64,000 nucleotides of DNA from IMG/VR virus record IMGVR_UViG_3300021387_000147, one strand, 5' to 3'. The notes beneath the pieces were generated by a model. The model made no database searches and was not told where the DNA came from. It worked only from the letters and a program-made list of their open reading frames with translations. Position numbers and translations under genes: made by a program. The DNA is from a virus (taxonomy: Duplodnaviria; Caudoviricetes). Positions 61,988 through 64,000 of the stretch are shown in pieces; the first letter of the stretch is position 1, and every line of letters starts with the position of its first letter.

Positions 61988-63916
61988 TTATTGATGTCCG
62001 CTAACTACAAAAAATAATGAACCTTTACCATCACATGCACCGCCATTAACTAAGTTAGTTATTTCAGTATCACCATTAACTACAAATAATTGTTGTGCAT
62101 TCCAACCAGTATGACCTTCTTTATAATTTACAGCTGATATTGCAGAACTATTATTACCATCTGTATACTTTATCAAATTTGTATTTGCATTTATTTCTAA
62201 TTGTGATTTATTTACAAAATTCTGTTGATTAACCCAAGATTCTGCTTGATTCAAAGCATTAGCACTAGCATCATTAGCGTAGGTCTTAGTAGCATATTCA
62301 GCAGGAACAGCAGTTAGGTAATGTTTGTTTTCAACCCATGTCTCAGCTTCACTTAAAGCATTAGCACTTGCTGCTTCAACATCAGTTTTTAAAGCATAAG
62401 TATTAGGAATAGAAGTTAAATAACCTTGTTGTCCTACCCATGTCTGAGCTTGACTTAATGCAGCCGCACTAGCTTCATTTGCATATGTTTTTGTTGCATA
62501 GTCAGTTAAATCTGTATTCTTTAAAAATCCTTGTTCTCCAACCCAATCATGTGTAGCAATTACTTCAGTATTAACACCATAAGGTGAATTTTGAGTACCT
62601 TCACCACTAATTGTATTTGGTGTATCAAAAACATAACTTGCACCAGTTCCATCAATACCATTTCTTACATCAAATGTTAATGGATGTTCTGCATCATGTG
62701 TAGCATCAGTAATTATTACTGTTGTTCCACCTGGAGTTCCAGGAATTGCTGAATATGAAATAGATGGAGAAACACCATTTGAACCAGGTTCACCTGATAC
62801 ACCACTCATAACATCAATTGATTCTGTAGAAGGAGTTCCACCATCATCATAAGTAAATGTGACTCTATTACCGCCAGGAATTGCAGATGTTGAAACAGTT
62901 GGTGAAATACCATCTTTACCATTATCACCATCTAATACAGTAAATGAATCTGTATGTGTTGCATCTGTAATTGATACTGTATGTTGACCTGTGACTGTGT
63001 CATCAATTGTTATAATTGGTGAGAAACCACTTGCACCAGTATCACCTTTAGTGCCGGCATCACCCTTATCACCTTTATCACCTTTTTCACCAGATACACC
63101 TTGAGGACCTATTGGGCCTTGTGGACCAGTTGGACCTTGTGGACCAGTTGGACCTTGTGGACCTCTAGGACCTTCAGGACCTACAGAACCTGCAATACTA
63201 CTAATATAGATATTATTTAATTTATATCTACCTTGTGCTGATTCACCCTTAACTAAGAATTTTAAAGTAGTAGGTACTTCTTTTAAATTAATAATACCAG
63301 TTATCCATTCTGACTGCACATCTATTTTCTGTGGATTACTTGTAGTATCTTTAATTAAACTATCATCAAATAAAATAAATGTTTGATATAAAGCATCATC
63401 AATACTTGTGCTTTTTGAAATAGCAATATCTAATTTGTTATTGATACTACTCTGTGTAGGTTCATATAATACTTCAATTTTAACATCATAGATACCAGCT
63501 GGAATAGTAAGACTCTCAGATAATGCGCCAGCTTCATGATTAAAATCAGCTGCAGTTTCTGTATATGTAGCTAATACAGAATCATACTCATTCTGTTTAA
63601 ATAATGACCATAAAGAATCATCACTTGTACTAGATGATTCTATTGGCTGATATGTAACATTAAGACTACCATCAGCATTTTGTTCAATAGTTTGAATAGT
63701 CTGGTTTGGTTCACATGACCATGCAGATGGAGTAATTTCTGGAGTAAAATGTTCCATTGCGGCAGAAACACTTTCAATTGCTTCTGCCAATGTTTTATCA
63801 TTTTCATTAAATTTCTGTACTGTATTTGAATTTAGCCAATTACCATCAGCTACAGTATTTCTACTCCATTGTTTACCAGCATTACTTACAATTTTTCCTA
63901 CTAAACTTTCAGCCAT
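61988..63916 (-). CDS. Collagen-repeat fibre protein
   Basis: [15 protein letters not shown] triplets, G.SP.[IV] repeats, 3x YA.KT....AS..AL..A..WV..Q.[YF]L. Confidence 0.8.
   Translation of the reverse strand: MAESLVGKIVSNAGKQWSRNTVADGNWLNSNTVQKFNENDKTLAEAIESVSAAMEHFTPEITPSAWSCEPNQTIQTIEQNADGSLNVTYQPIESSSTSDDSLWSLFKQNEYDSVLATYTETAADFNHEAGALSESLTIPAGIYDVKIEVLYEPTQSSINNKLDIAISKSTSIDDALYQTFILFDDSLIKDTTSNPQKIDVQSEWITGIINLKEVPTTLKFLVKGESAQGRYKLNNIYISSIAGSVGPEGPRGPQGPTGPQGPTGPQGPIGPQGVSGEKGDKGDKGDAGTKGDTGASGFSPIITIDDTVTGQHTVSITDATHTDSFTVLDGDNGKDGISPTVSTSAIPGGNRVTFTYDDGGTPSTESIDVMSGVSGEPGSNGVSPSISYSAIPGTPGGTTVIITDATHDAEHPLTFDVRNGIDGTGASYVFDTPNTISGEGTQNSPYGVNTEVIATHDWVGEQGFLKNTDLTDYATKTYANEASAAALSQAQTWVGQQGYLTSIPNTYALKTDVEAASANALSEAETWVENKHYLTAVPAEYATKTYANDASANALNQAESWVNQQNFVNKSQLEINANTNLIKYTDGNNSSAISAVNYKEGHTGWNAQQLFVVNGDTEITNLVNGGACDGKGSLFFVVSGHQ
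63035..63190 (-). repeat. Collagen-like Gly-X-Y coding repeat
   Basis: Tandem GGACCAGTTGGACCTTGT units on the plus strand. Confidence 0.9.
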
Positions 63917-63934
63917 TATATTACCTCTTATTCT

Positions 63935-63977
63935 TATTTATAATAAGAAAATGGACAGAAGATTTACTTCTGCCCAT
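63935..63977 (-). promoter_or_regulatory. Terminator hairpin (63950-77) and late promoter TATAAATA (63935-42)
   Basis: ATGGGCAGAAG-loop-CTTCTGTCCAT-TTT then TATAAATA and GAGG. Confidence 0.75.
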
Positions 63978-64000
63978 AGATTTTACTTAATGGAAATTCA

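Noticed and set aside
1-64000. Stop-codon reassignment (genetic code 15 or 4)
   Set aside because: Known genes are full length and densely packed under the standard code.

Overview
A 64 kb slice of a large, AT-rich, T4-related (jumbo-type) myophage genome. Essentially all credible genes lie on the minus strand and are tightly packed. The T4 relationship rests on recognisable homologs of gp13/gp14 (neck), gp4 (head completion), gp2 (DNA end protector), a probable gp16 (small terminase) and Rnl1, plus TATAAATA late promoters. A pilin N-terminus of a Fibrobacter-like type suggests a Fibrobacterota host (inference). The left ~35 kb is accessory and metabolic: CoaE-like kinase, PncB, two DNA MTases, a PvuRts1I/AbaSI-like nuclease, CCA-adding enzyme, Nudix, deaminase, ATP-grasp, RNA ligase, ClpP, pilin, SPFH, ThyX and a glycosyltransferase. 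35-47 kb and 54-64 kb are late/virion genes, and 47-54 kb is an array of small paralogous genes. Main findings: (1) an 11-copy promoter cassette with a TGTAAA-N6-TTTACA palindrome fixed 9-10 bp upstream of the -35, with helically phased extra boxes, whose outer TAA is the stop codon of the upstream gene in 7 cases; (2) ~14-20 otherwise dissimilar small proteins ending in a shared K-rich-helix + I-x-x-I-C-K-[ED] tail; (3) a pilin/SPFH/Cys-domain envelope operon with shuffled shared domains; (4) a ~400 nt non-coding locus with stacked perfect palindromes; (5) a 3-copy ~90 bp GC-rich hairpin element. All assignments come from motif recognition by eye; no searches were run.
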